DNA from: Candidatus Latescibacterota bacterium
GTDB lineage: Bacteria > Latescibacterota > UBA2968 > GCA-2709665
Length of the DNA: 64,000 nt
Assembly (NCBI GenBank): GCA_965208835.1
Contig: OZ242358.1
Span: 288,001 to 352,000 of the forward strand
Direction of reading: 5' to 3'
This document shows positions 1 to 11,443 of this stretch, piece by piece (position 1 is the first letter of the stretch; the number at the start of each line of letters is the position of its first letter). The translations under genes were made by a program, and so were the position numbers. Below the pieces are notes generated by a model. That model saw nothing but the letters and a program-made list of their open reading frames with translations, was not told where the DNA came from and did no database searches.

Positions 1-737
1 CCTCTACCCGAACCGCCCTGGCTGTGCTGAAATCCCAGTGCGTGCAGCGGCAGGTAGTCCATCTCAGGGTAGACGTCGGCGATCCTGTCCAGCAGCACAC
101 CCGCCTTGTGGGCGTAGCGTCGGTCACTGGTGAGCGCGTACGCTTCGGCCAGCGCGGCAACGCCTCGCTGTATCCGGCGCCACACGGCTTCGTAATTGTA
201 GTACGCGATCATATCGTGCCGGTTACCCTGTTCGTCGAACATCCCGTATCCGTCGTCCACGTAGAGTTCGTGCCGGGGATCGGACGGATCGGGATGATCT
301 GCGTTGAATAGCAGCGACCGGTCGCCCGACTCGCGCCTGAACATCCCGTGCGCGTCCAGGGCGGTCCTGTAGAACGCCCCGAAGTCGTTCTTCGGATAGA
401 CCTCTTCGCAATGCTCGCACCAGATCTTCCACGGCCTGGCGTCGTCGAATTCCCACCATTCGCGCCCCGATTTCGCCGGCGCCTCCTCCCCGCAGCCAGG
501 GCAGTACGGCTGCTGGCCCTTATAGGTCACGCCCTCATTCGTGTAGACTGTTCGCGGCAGCTCCTGTGCGGTCACCAATTCCCACAATGCTTCGTCCGTA
601 CAGCCCACCCACTCGTCGGCTGCCGCAATCGCGCGTTCCTGCTGTTCGCGTGCCCATTCGTGCTTCGTCGCATTGGCCAGCGCATTCGACCGCATCGAAG
701 CGCTCACAAATCGGCTTCGCTCTTTTCCGATTGACAT
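1..737 (-). CDS. Heparinase II/III-like protein, N-terminal part (runs off left edge; not in ORF track)
   Basis: Hand translation from ATG 737: MSIGKERSRF...LWELVTAQELPR...YCPGCGEE...PWKIWCEHCEEVYPKNDF...LYVDDGYG...LAEAYALTSDRRYAHKAGVLLDRIADVYPEMD; no stop before the window edge; AAGGGGTG RBS upstream. Confidence 0.6.
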   Translation of the reverse strand, partial: MSIGKERSRFVSASMRSNALANATKHEWAREQQERAIAAADEWVGCTDEALWELVTAQELPRTVYTNEGVTYKGQQPYCPGCGEEAPAKSGREWWEFDDARPWKIWCEHCEEVYPKNDFGAFYRTALDAHGMFRRESGDRSLLFNADHPDPSDPRHELYVDDGYGMFDEQGNRHDMIAYYNYEAVWRRIQRGVAALAEAYALTSDRRYAHKAGVLLDRIADVYPEMDYLPLHALGFQHSQGGSGR

Positions 738-961
738 CTCGTTCACCCCTTTCAGGTCGCATGGCAAATTTACATCTACGAGTCCCCCATTTTGCCTAAT
801 CATCCTGTCTCCCGCAAGCCGTAAACGCGCCGGTGGAGGTCCGCAGGGTCGAGGCGTCCGTATTGAGTTTACTTGCGGAATGGTTATATTACGTGGGCAA
901 GGGCGATACGGATCGCCGGGACAAGGCTAAATTGTGAGATAGACTTGCGGAGGAGAGTACA

Positions 962-1699
962 ATGGAAGAATCTACAGAGGCACACGACGTGGAGAGCAGA
1001 GAGGAGATGGGTATCGTCAGCAGGATGATCGGAGCCTTGATCTCACCCGGTCGGACATTCGCCGCCGTTAACGCGCGTGTCGATCACCGGGACTGGTATC
1101 TCCCAATGATCGTCATCGTGGTTGTGGGCATGATTTCCGCGTACCAGCTCATGCCCGCCGCGCAGACGGCCGGGATGGAGGCCATGCAGGAGCGGCTCGC
1201 GCAGGATGAATCCCTTACGGAAGAACAACGGGCGCTGGCTCTGGAAAACGTGCAGAGGGTGATGGGCCTGGGCGCCGTAGTCCTCCCTTCCATCGGGACT
1301 GCCGTGACGATATTCGTCCAGGCGTTGATATTTCTCGCGCTCGCCAATTTCGTCTTCGGCGGCGACGGCACGTACAAGAAGACCCTGGCCGTTGTGAGCT
1401 ACAGCTCCCTCGTGGTCATCCCTGCCGCCATTGTGACGGTGCTGATTTCCGCGGCATGGGATTCGCCATCGGTACAACCTGGCCTGGGTCTGCTTGTGCC
1501 TGAATCCATGGAAGGGAGCTTCGCGGACCACTTCCTAACCATGACTACCGTCTTCGCTGTGTGGAAATACCTGTTGGTTGCCGTGGGTCTGGGGGCTGTT
1601 GCGGGGATTCGAACAAAGCTCGCGGGGATGGGCGTCTTCGGACTCTGGATCCTCTACGTCCTCGCCGCCGCCTTCGCACGGTCCGCTGTTTCCGTTTGA
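962..1699 (+). CDS. Yip1 family membrane protein
   Basis: 245 aa, SPGRTF N-terminal motif, about 5 TM helices, GGAGAG RBS. Confidence 0.8.
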   Translation: MEESTEAHDVESREEMGIVSRMIGALISPGRTFAAVNARVDHRDWYLPMIVIVVVGMISAYQLMPAAQTAGMEAMQERLAQDESLTEEQRALALENVQRVMGLGAVVLPSIGTAVTIFVQALIFLALANFVFGGDGTYKKTLAVVSYSSLVVIPAAIVTVLISAAWDSPSVQPGLGLLVPESMEGSFADHFLTMTTVFAVWKYLLVAVGLGAVAGIRTKLAGMGVFGLWILYVLAAAFARSAVSV

Positions 1700-1770
1700 T
1701 GGCCGTGTACGGATATCACAGAGAGCACCCTATAGTTTGCACTATCGCAGAACCGGCACCCGGAGCCGCT

Positions 1771-1789
1771 CCCTGAGCTTGTCGAAGGG
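1771..1789. repeat. REP-like palindromic unit CCCTGAGCTTGTCGAAGGG
   Basis: Matches a widespread bacterial intergenic repeat half-unit as I recall it; single copy between convergent genes. Confidence 0.4.
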
Positions 1790-1888
1790 TCGGCGAAGGG
1801 TAAAAAAGCATCGAAACGCGGCCAGAAGGTTGAACGGCTCGGAAATACAATGAGCATTCAACCTTCTGGCCGCGTTTTGTTTCTACGC

Positions 1889-2227
1889 TTACTCACTTAC
1901 GATCGTCTCGAGATGCTCAATCAGCTGCGGCATGTCGTTTCGGATTATGGATCGCAGGATTTCGAGGTCAACGTCATCGTAGCCGTGAACCAGACGGTTT
2001 CGAAGCCCGATAATTTGAGACCAAGGAATCGAAGCGTTTTGCCGGCGAGTATCCTCAGAAACGCGTCTGGCCGCTTCGCCAACAACCTCCACCAATTTCG
2101 TAAGCGCCAGCTGCTTTACTCGATCTTCGACAATATCATCCAGTGTTGCCTCACCGAGTAACCCAACGGCCTCTCTTGCGTATATAAGCATATCCACGAG
2201 GCTTACACGGTCGTCACGTCTGCTCAT
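1889..2227 (-). CDS. HepT-like (DUF86) HEPN ribonuclease toxin
   Basis: RNRLVHGY = RX4HXY HEPN motif; overlaps upstream MNT gene. Confidence 0.9.
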   Translation of the reverse strand: MSRRDDRVSLVDMLIYAREAVGLLGEATLDDIVEDRVKQLALTKLVEVVGEAARRVSEDTRRQNASIPWSQIIGLRNRLVHGYDDVDLEILRSIIRNDMPQLIEHLETIVSE

Positions 2228-2525
2228 AGACCGCCTCCGCTGAGTTGAGTATTTCGTTCCGAAGCAGCCAGTTCGGGTTGCTTACAACCCCCCTGAAGGT
2301 GTGAAGGTCGACTTTTCTCCCGTATATTGCCGACAACTCATCCTGCATTGTGATGAACTTCAGTCCCGGCGTCTTGCCTGGCTTGAACTCCACGATCACA
2401 TCCACATCGCTCTCCGGCGTGAAGTCGTCACGGAGAACCGAGCCGAACAGCGCCAGCCGCTTGATCCCATTCCGTTGGCAGAACGAGGCGATCTCTTCTC
2501 TTGAGATGTCGATTTTCGCGTTCAT
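2214..2525 (-). CDS. MntA-like minimal nucleotidyltransferase antitoxin
   Basis: LFGSVLRDDFTPESDVDV (GSX10DXD) motif. Confidence 0.9.
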   Translation of the reverse strand: MNAKIDISREEIASFCQRNGIKRLALFGSVLRDDFTPESDVDVIVEFKPGKTPGLKFITMQDELSAIYGRKVDLHTFRGVVSNPNWLLRNEILNSAEAVYEQT

Positions 2526-2637
2526 CAGAGTATGCTCACACTAAGCAACGAAGACAATAAACGTACGATTTCCGATACCGTGAATTGTGCGTGTTTTCGC
2601 CTCAATCACTCTGTTTTCTGAGAGCGCTAATTCTCAA

Positions 2638-3963
2638 TCATTCGGTGCCGTTATTGTCGTCAGAAATGTCCGACAGGTTCGACATCAACTTTCTAATCAT
2701 CTCGTTTAACATCCTCTTGAGCACCTCAAGTTCTTGACCCGAGATTTTTTCTTCGTAGTCAAGCGAAGTGGACGAAAACCGCCAGTTGGAGCCACTCGTT
2801 CCAACTTCATTCACAATTCGGAAATAAAATTTCAAATCTTGCTTGGCCTGAAATTGATCAAAAGAGATTCCAAAGGATGTCGAGGCGAAGGCGGCGTATT
2901 CCGGCCAAGCCGCAATCTCATTATCAGGAATATCCAGGCTTGTTACTCTCGCGTCTGCGCTTCTCAAAGAACAGTCACCATTGAAAACATCGACACTCTC
3001 GAACATATCGGTAAACTGCTCACACTTATTTTTGCAATAGAAAAAAAATGGATACAATACCGTGCGCGCGTACTCTCTAGCCCGAATCAACTCACCTGTA
3101 CCCCTGTTAATCGACTGCTTAAAGAGTGCGATCTCCTTATCGATGTCCTCCGCGTCTTCGATGTCCTCTCCGCGTGCGGCTCGCAGATGGAGATTCAGGG
3201 TATATTCGCAGCAACCGGCAACATACGCGATGAATTCAGCCAGGTCTTCGGACTTGTCGGCCTGCTCGAGCGAGTCAATGTATCTGCTTCTCTCGTTAAT
3301 GGGTACAATTGCCACGGTGTAACCGTGTCGGATCAGAATCATATTCATCAGTAGCCGGGCCATGCGTCCGTTCCCATCGTCGAACGGATGAATTCTGACA
3401 AAGCGATAGTGAAACGTGGCTGCGACAACAATGGGATGTTCACCCTGGCTCTCGGCCCTTCTGTACCAGTCGACAAGATCGCTCATCTCCGGCTTTACCT
3501 GTTCGGGCGACGTGTAGTAGTATATTTCACCAGTCGAGGTCTCAACATTGTTTGGTTGGGTCTTGTATTGTCCGACGGTTATGAGTCGCCTCGTGGGCCG
3601 TCCATCCGGCGTAATTGCGTCAATTTCATAGGGCTCTTTCAATAATACCCTGTGGAGATTTCGGATGAAGACTTCGTTGAGAGCTTCGTTTTGTCTTACT
3701 GCATCATCTATCGCCTTTACAGCTTCGTCATGCCCTTCGATGTCCAGATGATCGCGCATCGATTTCCCGTGCGCAGTGAGTCCGTGGAGGATCAGACTTC
3801 GCGTCTCTCCGAGGGTGAGGCTGTTGCCTTCTATGGCATTGGAGTGATAGTTCGACTCGATCCGGAGCTTCTGTTCGATCCGCCCCACCACATCCGAAGG
3901 CAACGGCCGCAATGCGTCCAGCTCCGCTTTCAGCCGATCTATGTTTTCAATGACATTGCTCAT
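2638..3963 (-). CDS. Fic family protein with C-terminal extension
   Basis: HPFDDGNGRMAR Fic motif; SNAIEGN autoinhibitory-type motif. Confidence 0.9.
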   Translation of the reverse strand: MSNVIENIDRLKAELDALRPLPSDVVGRIEQKLRIESNYHSNAIEGNSLTLGETRSLILHGLTAHGKSMRDHLDIEGHDEAVKAIDDAVRQNEALNEVFIRNLHRVLLKEPYEIDAITPDGRPTRRLITVGQYKTQPNNVETSTGEIYYYTSPEQVKPEMSDLVDWYRRAESQGEHPIVVAATFHYRFVRIHPFDDGNGRMARLLMNMILIRHGYTVAIVPINERSRYIDSLEQADKSEDLAEFIAYVAGCCEYTLNLHLRAARGEDIEDAEDIDKEIALFKQSINRGTGELIRAREYARTVLYPFFFYCKNKCEQFTDMFESVDVFNGDCSLRSADARVTSLDIPDNEIAAWPEYAAFASTSFGISFDQFQAKQDLKFYFRIVNEVGTSGSNWRFSSTSLDYEEKISGQELEVLKRMLNEMIRKLMSNLSDISDDNNGTE

Positions 3964-4075
3964 GGTCGGTTTCTGAAGATCAATGACTTGACCCGACGCA
4001 GGACTGTTTCAGCGAGAGACAACTATACTGCACTTTGTATCTCGTCCCATGCTCGCGGGCCACGATACCGGCGAA

Positions 4076-4390
4076 TCAGACTCCATAAACTTCGATGCCT
4101 TCCTTGAGGGCGTTCTTATAGATCAAGCCGTCATTGTCCTTATGTTTCTCCAGATCTTGCACAGTAGCAACGACAATATCGAAGGGCACGCGCAGGCCCT
4201 TAATCTCACGGTAGAGTTTCTGTGCTGTGCGGCGGCGGTGTACACCATCGGGCATGACGACGAGCAGATCAATGTCGCTCTGCTCTCCCGATTCATCCCT
4301 GGCCGCCGATCCGAAGAGCACGATTCGCAAGGGGTTTACCCGCTTGACAACCTCACCAACGAGCCTGTCTATTGTCGAATCAGACACCAT
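4076..4390 (-). CDS. Minimal nucleotidyltransferase (MNT), no intact HEPN partner
   Basis: LFGSAARDESGEQSDIDLLV motif. Confidence 0.85.
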   Translation of the reverse strand: MVSDSTIDRLVGEVVKRVNPLRIVLFGSAARDESGEQSDIDLLVVMPDGVHRRRTAQKLYREIKGLRVPFDIVVATVQDLEKHKDNDGLIYKNALKEGIEVYGV

Positions 4391-4430
4391 TGCCTTCTTT
4401 CGCGGATGTGCGGGTTGTTCTGTTTCTCAA

Positions 4431-4459
4431 TGTATACACAATGACGGGGAAATCGTCAA
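4431..4459 (-). promoter_or_regulatory. Sigma70-type promoter for MNT/Fic genes
   Basis: TTGACG-17 bp-TATACA on the minus strand. Confidence 0.6.
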
Positions 4460-4485
4460 GGGGAAGGCGGGTTGTGGAGGCGGTT

Positions 4486-5238
4486 TCAGCGGCGCAGCCG
4501 GAAGCCCTGGGCGGTGAGGAATTCATCCAGTTCGGCGCGGGCGTGAAACTGTCCGGTGCGGCCGGCCATGACTTTTGTCCATCGCTCGTCGCCTTCGTGC
4601 ATCCCCTGCGAGGCGTAGAACTCGACCATCGTCCTGTCGTATTCCTCCATGGCCAGTCGATGCGTCTCGTCGCACAGGTATCGCTCGCGATGAAGGACCG
4701 CGTCCAGAGGCAAGCGCGGTTTGACTTCCGGCGCCTGGTCCGGATACCCGATGCAGAAACCGGCCACGGCTACGACATATGGGGGCAGATCGAGCAACCT
4801 GCCCACCGATTTCGGGTTGTTCCGCATCGCGCCGATCATGCAGATGCCCAATCCCAGCGATTCCGCGGCGATCGCCACGTTCTGCATCATCAGCGCCACG
4901 TCCACTGTCGCGATCATCAGCGCTTCCGCATAGTCCCCGTCAAACCGCTCCGCCTCGTGCATTTGGTTGGCCATCCTGTCCCGGTGCAGATCCGCGCAGA
5001 AGGCCAGAAACGCCGCGCTCTGGTGTATCTGCACCTGATCGGCGCACAGTTCGGCCAGTCGCTTCTTCCGCTTTGGATCGGCCACGTGAATGACGGTGTA
5101 GGCCTGCACATTGCTGGACGTGCTCGCCTGCTGCCCGCACCGGATCAGCGTTTCGAGCACACCGTCGGGAAGCGGCCGGTTCCGGAACCTGCGGATACTC
5201 TTGTGGGACATTAGAAGATCGATTGTGGGATTTGACAT
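4486..5238 (-). CDS. nfsA: NADPH-dependent nitroreductase / flavin reductase (NfsA/Frp family)
   Basis: HKSIRRF, ASTSSNVQ, AAESLGLGICMIGAMRN, KPRLP motifs. Confidence 0.85.
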   Translation of the reverse strand: MSNPTIDLLMSHKSIRRFRNRPLPDGVLETLIRCGQQASTSSNVQAYTVIHVADPKRKKRLAELCADQVQIHQSAAFLAFCADLHRDRMANQMHEAERFDGDYAEALMIATVDVALMMQNVAIAAESLGLGICMIGAMRNNPKSVGRLLDLPPYVVAVAGFCIGYPDQAPEVKPRLPLDAVLHRERYLCDETHRLAMEEYDRTMVEFYASQGMHEGDERWTKVMAGRTGQFHARAELDEFLTAQGFRLRR

Positions 5239-5255
5239 GTTGAAACCCTTTAAAA

Positions 5256-5388
5256 GCGGGGAGAGGTGAGACGTTAGAGGGTAGAGATTACCTGCCTTGT
5301 GAGGTTTCTTTTCGTGCCGGGGGCAAGAAGGAATAAATCATCGGGCAAGGATTTCCTCTATCGGCTTCCCTCTACGTTCTTACCGCCT
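5256..5388 (+). repeat. Repeat family C, copy 1 (heptamer-flanked element)
   Basis: Core GTAGAGATTACCTGCCTTGTGAGG...TCGTGCCGGGGGCAAG shared with 7423-7614 (inverted) and 24421-24579. Confidence 0.8.
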
Positions 5389-5509
5389 TTTGCAGACCTC
5401 GCCCCCGGCTAATTCGGTAAGGAACTTTAGGCCAAAAACAGAATCAAGATCCACTGCCCCTCAAATTCCCTGCCTGCGGCGTGTTCCTTTTGAAGCGACC
5501 AATAGGAAC

Positions 5510-5545
5510 AAAAAAAGCGGGTGGGTTTCGAAACCCACCCACGCT
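5510..5545 (-). terminator. Intrinsic terminator of the atp operon
   Basis: GGGTGGGTTTCGAAACCCACCC hairpin followed by a T7 run on the minus strand, just after atpC. Confidence 0.85.
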
Positions 5546-5579
5546 GTACCGCGGCTGAGGCATTGTCTTCCAGTCCGCC

Positions 5580-5984
5580 CTACTGTACCCCGATCCGCAG
5601 ACGGTTGACCGCCCGCGCCAGGGCCAACGTCGCCCGCGCCTCGTCGATCTGCTGATCGCGTTTTCGCGTCAGAATTTCCCGCGCGCGTTCTCTGGCGGCT
5701 TCGGCTCGGTTTACGTCAATATCCTGCGCGAATTCCGCTGTCTCGGCCAGCACGGTGACGCGGTCACGCTGCACCTCCGCGAATCCGCCGCTGATTGCGA
5801 CCGATTTCGGTCCCTGTTCTCCTTCGGAAAAGACCAACTCTCCAATGCGCAGCGAGGCCAGCATCGGATGGTGTCCCGCCAGCACGCCGAACCCGCCTTC
5901 GGTTCCCGGCGCCCGGAATTGCTCCACTTCGCCGGAGTAGACCGTCTTTTCCGGCGTTACAATTTCAAGCTGAAACGTCGGCAT
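5580..5984 (-). CDS. atpC: F1 ATP synthase epsilon subunit
   Basis: LEIVTPE, GVLAGHHP, ISGGFAEV motifs. Confidence 0.95.
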   Translation of the reverse strand: MPTFQLEIVTPEKTVYSGEVEQFRAPGTEGGFGVLAGHHPMLASLRIGELVFSEGEQGPKSVAISGGFAEVQRDRVTVLAETAEFAQDIDVNRAEAARERAREILTRKRDQQIDEARATLALARAVNRLRIGVQ

Positions 5985-5997
5985 CGCGTTCCTGGTA

Positions 5998-7410
<1,413 letters not shown>

Positions 7411-7422
7411 CTATCAGCTAAA

Positions 7423-7614
7423 GGCGGGAAGACGTGAGACGGAAGAGGGGGAGAAAACCGGGTAGACGGGAGACGTAAGACGGTAGAAGATATCCTTGCC
7501 GACGAATTTATCCCTCCTTGCCTCCGGCACGAAAAGAAGCCTCACAAGGCAGGTAATCTCTACCCTCTACCGGCTCCCTTCTCACCTCTACCGTCTAACT
7601 TCTACCTTCTCACC
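7423..7614 (-). repeat. Repeat family C, copy 2, inside the repeat-rich atpG-atpD spacer
   Basis: Reverse complement of the family C core with GGTAGA-like/TCTACC-like heptamer arms. Confidence 0.8.
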
Positions 7615-7798
7615 CAAGAAAGAAGCTATCAGCGATCAGCCGTCAGCTTGAAGCAAAACCGAAAAACAAACGGCAAAACCCATCAAAACCAAATATCGTA
7701 AGACCGTTCGGGTTATGTCTTCCTCTCCCGTCTAACGTCTACCTTCTCACCACGTAAAAGAAGCTGACAGCCGTCAGCGGGCAGCCTAAAGCAAAACC
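7591..7798. repeat. Imperfect ~70-bp direct repeat (7591-7660 and 7728-7798) with GCTATCA/GCCGTCA heptamers
   Basis: CCGTCTAAC.TCTACCTTCTCACC...AAAGAAGCT..CAGC...AAGCAAAACC occurs twice. Confidence 0.75.
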
Positions 7799-7862
7799 AG
7801 GCAACAGAGGATCGACAAGACCACTGCAAACAGCCTGTCGCAAATTGCAACAGTAGCCGTCG

Positions 7863-8714
7863 CTAAGCGACGGCCTCGGCGCCGCCAATGATATCCATTA
7901 ACTCCAGCGTGATTGAAGACTGGCGCACCTTGTTCATCTCGCGCGTCAATTCTTCGATCAGGTCTCCGGCATTCTTCGTGGCGTTATCCATCGCCGCCAT
8001 GCGCGCGGCCTGTTCTCCGGCATTGGACTCCAGGAGTGCGCGCCAGACCTGGAAATTCACGTGTCTCGGAACGAGTGTCTCAAGCAATTGTTCCGGATCG
8101 GGCTCAAAGATGTACTCGCCGGCCGCGCTCTCTTCGTCGGTTTCCTCAGGCACAATCGGCAGCAGCCGGTTGATTGCCGGCTCCTGGCGTCCGAGGGAGA
8201 GGAACTCGTTGTTGGCGATCCACACCTGGTCCACGTCTCCGGACACAAATCGACCCGTCAGGTCCCGCGCGATGGTAACGGCCTGACCCAGATTCAGATC
8301 GCCGAACACGTCGAGGTATTCCCGGCTGATCTCATATCCGCGTTGTCGAAAAAAGTCGCGCCCCTTCCTGCCGATCGCAACCAGTTCGACGTCACCGTGT
8401 TCTTCGAGCTCCGATAGCACCCTCCGGCAGATTCCTGCGTTGAACCCGCCGCACAGCCCACGGTCCGCCGTCACCACGGCGACCGCAATCCGACCGGATT
8501 CCCCCTGCCGGAACAGGGGATGCCGGTCCGCGTCTATACTTGCGGTCAGCCGTTGAAGAATTCGGTCCAGTTGTTCGGCATAGGGCCGGGCGGCAAGGAT
8601 CGCGTCCTGGGCCTTGCGCACCCGGGCCGCGGCCACCAGCTGCATGGCGTGGGTGACCTTCTGGATATTCGTGACACCGGTCACCCGGTTTCGGAGTTGA
8701 CGCAATGTCGCCAC
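7863..8714 (-). CDS. atpG: F1 ATP synthase gamma subunit
   Basis: TADRGLCGGFN, ARMAAMDNATKNA, RQSSITLEL. Confidence 0.97.
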   Translation of the reverse strand: MATLRQLRNRVTGVTNIQKVTHAMQLVAAARVRKAQDAILAARPYAEQLDRILQRLTASIDADRHPLFRQGESGRIAVAVVTADRGLCGGFNAGICRRVLSELEEHGDVELVAIGRKGRDFFRQRGYEISREYLDVFGDLNLGQAVTIARDLTGRFVSGDVDQVWIANNEFLSLGRQEPAINRLLPIVPEETDEESAAGEYIFEPDPEQLLETLVPRHVNFQVWRALLESNAGEQAARMAAMDNATKNAGDLIEELTREMNKVRQSSITLELMDIIGGAEAVA

Positions 8715-8733
8715 CGGCTACTCCTCCGTGCGC

Positions 8734-10254
8734 CTACGCCGACGCCTGAAAGCCGCGCTTGACACGCTCGATTGCGGCATCGATGACGCCCCGCGCCTCG
8801 TCGCTCAATTCTTCGCTGCCCGTAATCTCGTCCACCACATCCTGGTGGTGGTCGCGCATATGGGCAAGAACCTCAGACTCAAATCGTCTCACGTCGTCCG
8901 TGGGCAGTTCATCGATGCTCGCACCAACGGTAAGAGACACCACCTGCTCCCCGAGCGACATCGGCGCGTACTGGCCCTGTTTGAGAATCTCGATCAGTTT
9001 CTCGCCGCGGTTCAGCAGGTTGCGGGTGGCCGTGTCCAGGTCGGAGGCCCCGAATTGCGCAAAGGCCTGGACCTCGTTGTAGCGCGCGATATCGCCGCTT
9101 AAGGTAGCGGAGACCGCCTTCATCGCCCCGGTTTTGGCCGAGCTTACCCTGGAGACGGAAGCGCCCACGTCCATTGCCGGACGGATGCCCGAATAGAACA
9201 ACTCCGGCTTCAGCAGAATCTGCCCGTCCGTTATGGAAATCACGTTGGTCGGCACGAACGTGGATACGTCCCCTTCGAGGATCTCGATGACGGGCAGCGC
9301 CGTGAGAGAGCCACCGCCCTCTTCGTCGCTCAGTTTGCAGGCGCGCTCCAGAAGACGCGAGTGCAGGTAGAATACGTCGCCCGGATAGGCTTCCCGCCCC
9401 GGCGGCCGGCGCAGGACCAGGGCCATTTCACGGTATGCCCAGGCCTGCTTGGAGAGGTCGTCGTACACGATCAGCGCGTGTTCGCCCTTGTCGCGGAAGT
9501 GCTCGCCCATCGAACAACCGGCATACGGGGCCAGGAACTGAAGCGGCGCCGGATCGCTGGCCGTGGCCGAAACCACGATGGTGTATGGCAGCGCGCCGTT
9601 TGCCTCGAGCTCGGCGACGACCTTGGCCACGGATGACGCCTTCTGTCCGATGCCCACATAGATGCACTTGACGCCGCTGTCCTTCTGGTTGATGATGGCG
9701 TCCAGACCGATGGCCGTCTTCCCGGTCTGCCGGTCGCCGATGATCAGCTCACGCTGTCCGCGCCCGATGGGCGTTGCGGCGTCCACCACCTTGATTCCGG
9801 TCTGCAGCGCCTCTTCCACCGGCTGGCGCTGAATCACCCCGGGCGCAATCCGTTCCACGGGCAATGTCTGCGAGGTCTGAATCGGTCCCTTGCCATCCAG
9901 CGGTTCACCCAGAGGCGTAACCACTCGGCCCAGCAATTCGTCGCCCACGGGCACCTCGACGACGCGTCCCGTCCGCCTGACCTGGTCGCCTTCCTTGATT
10001 GCCGTGTCGTCCCCGAAGAGAACGCACCCGACATTGTCCTCTTCCAGGTTGAAAGCCATGCCCATGATGTTATCGGGAAACGCCACCAGTTCACTGGCCT
10101 GCGCGTTGCCCAGCCCGTGAACGCGCGCCACGCCGTCGCCCACCTGCAGCACGGTCCCGGTTTCGTAAACGTCAATGTCCCGTTCGGCCTCCAGAATCTG
10201 CTGTTTGAGAATATCGGAGACTTCATCGGGGCGAATCTGCAAGTTCATCGCCAT
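8734..10254 (-). CDS. atpA: F1 ATP synthase alpha subunit
   Basis: [29 protein letters not shown]. Confidence 0.97.
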   Translation of the reverse strand: MAMNLQIRPDEVSDILKQQILEAERDIDVYETGTVLQVGDGVARVHGLGNAQASELVAFPDNIMGMAFNLEEDNVGCVLFGDDTAIKEGDQVRRTGRVVEVPVGDELLGRVVTPLGEPLDGKGPIQTSQTLPVERIAPGVIQRQPVEEALQTGIKVVDAATPIGRGQRELIIGDRQTGKTAIGLDAIINQKDSGVKCIYVGIGQKASSVAKVVAELEANGALPYTIVVSATASDPAPLQFLAPYAGCSMGEHFRDKGEHALIVYDDLSKQAWAYREMALVLRRPPGREAYPGDVFYLHSRLLERACKLSDEEGGGSLTALPVIEILEGDVSTFVPTNVISITDGQILLKPELFYSGIRPAMDVGASVSRVSSAKTGAMKAVSATLSGDIARYNEVQAFAQFGASDLDTATRNLLNRGEKLIEILKQGQYAPMSLGEQVVSLTVGASIDELPTDDVRRFESEVLAHMRDHHQDVVDEITGSEELSDEARGVIDAAIERVKRGFQASA

Positions 10255-10275
10255 AAGTGTCTACACCTCGGTTGT

Positions 10276-10343
10276 CAGCCCGTTGAAAAAATCCATCCGG
10301 TCTGCGGCCGCCTCGCCTGCAGAGCAGCTTTCTCAGCGGACTG
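10276..10343. mobile_element. MITE family B, internally deleted copy (68 bp)
   Basis: Terminal inverted repeats CAGCCCGTTGAAAAA / CTTTCTCAGCGGACTG; same ends as 17082-17241. Confidence 0.7.
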
Positions 10344-10889
10344 CTATGATAAACCCGAAACCAGCCTCTGGCGCATCCGGTTCAACTGCGCTTCGAGGGT
10401 TGCGTCGAATACGTGGTCGCCCATCCTGGTTACAAAGCCCGCTCTGAGTCCCCGGTCGATCTCGACGTCCAGGCGTACCTGCTTTCCGGACCAGGCCGAC
10501 AACCGCTGCGCGAGCCTTGCCCGCTGGTCCTGAGAGAGTTCCTGCGCCGACCGTACGTGTGCGGTGATCAGACCCCGTTGCTCGTCCAGGAGCATCAGAA
10601 ACGCCCGAATAATCCCGTCGAGACCCCGTTCGCGCCGTTTGTCGCACAGCAGCAGCAGGAAATTCAGGGTGAGATCCCCGATCCGGCCGGAAAAAAGCCT
10701 CCGGACCGCCGCGCGCTTCTGTTCCGGGTAAATCAGGGGGTCACTGAGAAAGGCGCGCAGGTCTTCCGATTCCCTGATCAGGTTCAGAAGGCCCTCCAGG
10801 TCCTCGCGCACCCGGTCCAGCGCGTCCCGCTCTTCGGCCGCCTGGATGAGCGCCCTGGCATAACGCATTGCGACGGGGGTTTCGTTCAA
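10344..10889 (-). CDS. atpH: ATP synthase delta subunit
   Basis: VAMRYARAL...FDATLEAQL OSCP/delta pattern; operon position. Confidence 0.93.
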   Translation of the reverse strand: MNETPVAMRYARALIQAAEERDALDRVREDLEGLLNLIRESEDLRAFLSDPLIYPEQKRAAVRRLFSGRIGDLTLNFLLLLCDKRRERGLDGIIRAFLMLLDEQRGLITAHVRSAQELSQDQRARLAQRLSAWSGKQVRLDVEIDRGLRAGFVTRMGDHVFDATLEAQLNRMRQRLVSGLS

Positions 10890-10904
10890 GCTTCGCTCCG
10901 GAAA

Positions 10905-11402
10905 TCAGTTTTGTCCATTGTCAGGAGTGCTGTCGATGAATTCGTCGACAAGCTTCCTGTTCCTGGCGTTGTCCAGGTTTTCGTCCAACACCTTGCCGGC
11001 GGCTTCGATGGCCAGGCCGGCGGCGTGCGTACGAAGTTCCTGGATCGCCTGCTCCTTCTCCTGCCGAATCGTTCGCCGGGCCTGCTCCAGCATCTGCCGG
11101 GCCTCGTCCGAAGCGCGTTGACGCACTTCCTGGGCTGCACGCTCTGCCGCCTCCCGTCCTTCCAAAATGGCCTGTCGCGCCTCGGCCTGGGCCTGCTCCA
11201 TTGCGCGCCGGTTTTCTTCAGCCGCACTCTGGGCTTCCTCCCGGGCCTTTTCCGCCTGGTTCAGGGAATCCCGAATACCCCTTTCACGCTCGTCCAGCAT
11301 GGCCAGCAGCGGTTTCCAGGCAACCGCCCTGAGAACAAGCAGCAGCAGGACGAAGGTAACGATGGTCCAGAACATCAGACCGGTATCGACATTCAGCAAC
11401 AT
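10905..11402 (-). CDS. atpF: Fo ATP synthase subunit b
   Basis: N-terminal TM helix, AWKPLLAMLDERE, coiled coil. Confidence 0.95.
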   Translation of the reverse strand: MLLNVDTGLMFWTIVTFVLLLLVLRAVAWKPLLAMLDERERGIRDSLNQAEKAREEAQSAAEENRRAMEQAQAEARQAILEGREAAERAAQEVRQRASDEARQMLEQARRTIRQEKEQAIQELRTHAAGLAIEAAGKVLDENLDNARNRKLVDEFIDSTPDNGQN

Positions 11403-11443
11403 ACCCGTTCCTCTGGTTTAGACGTCCTCAACGGTATGCGTAC

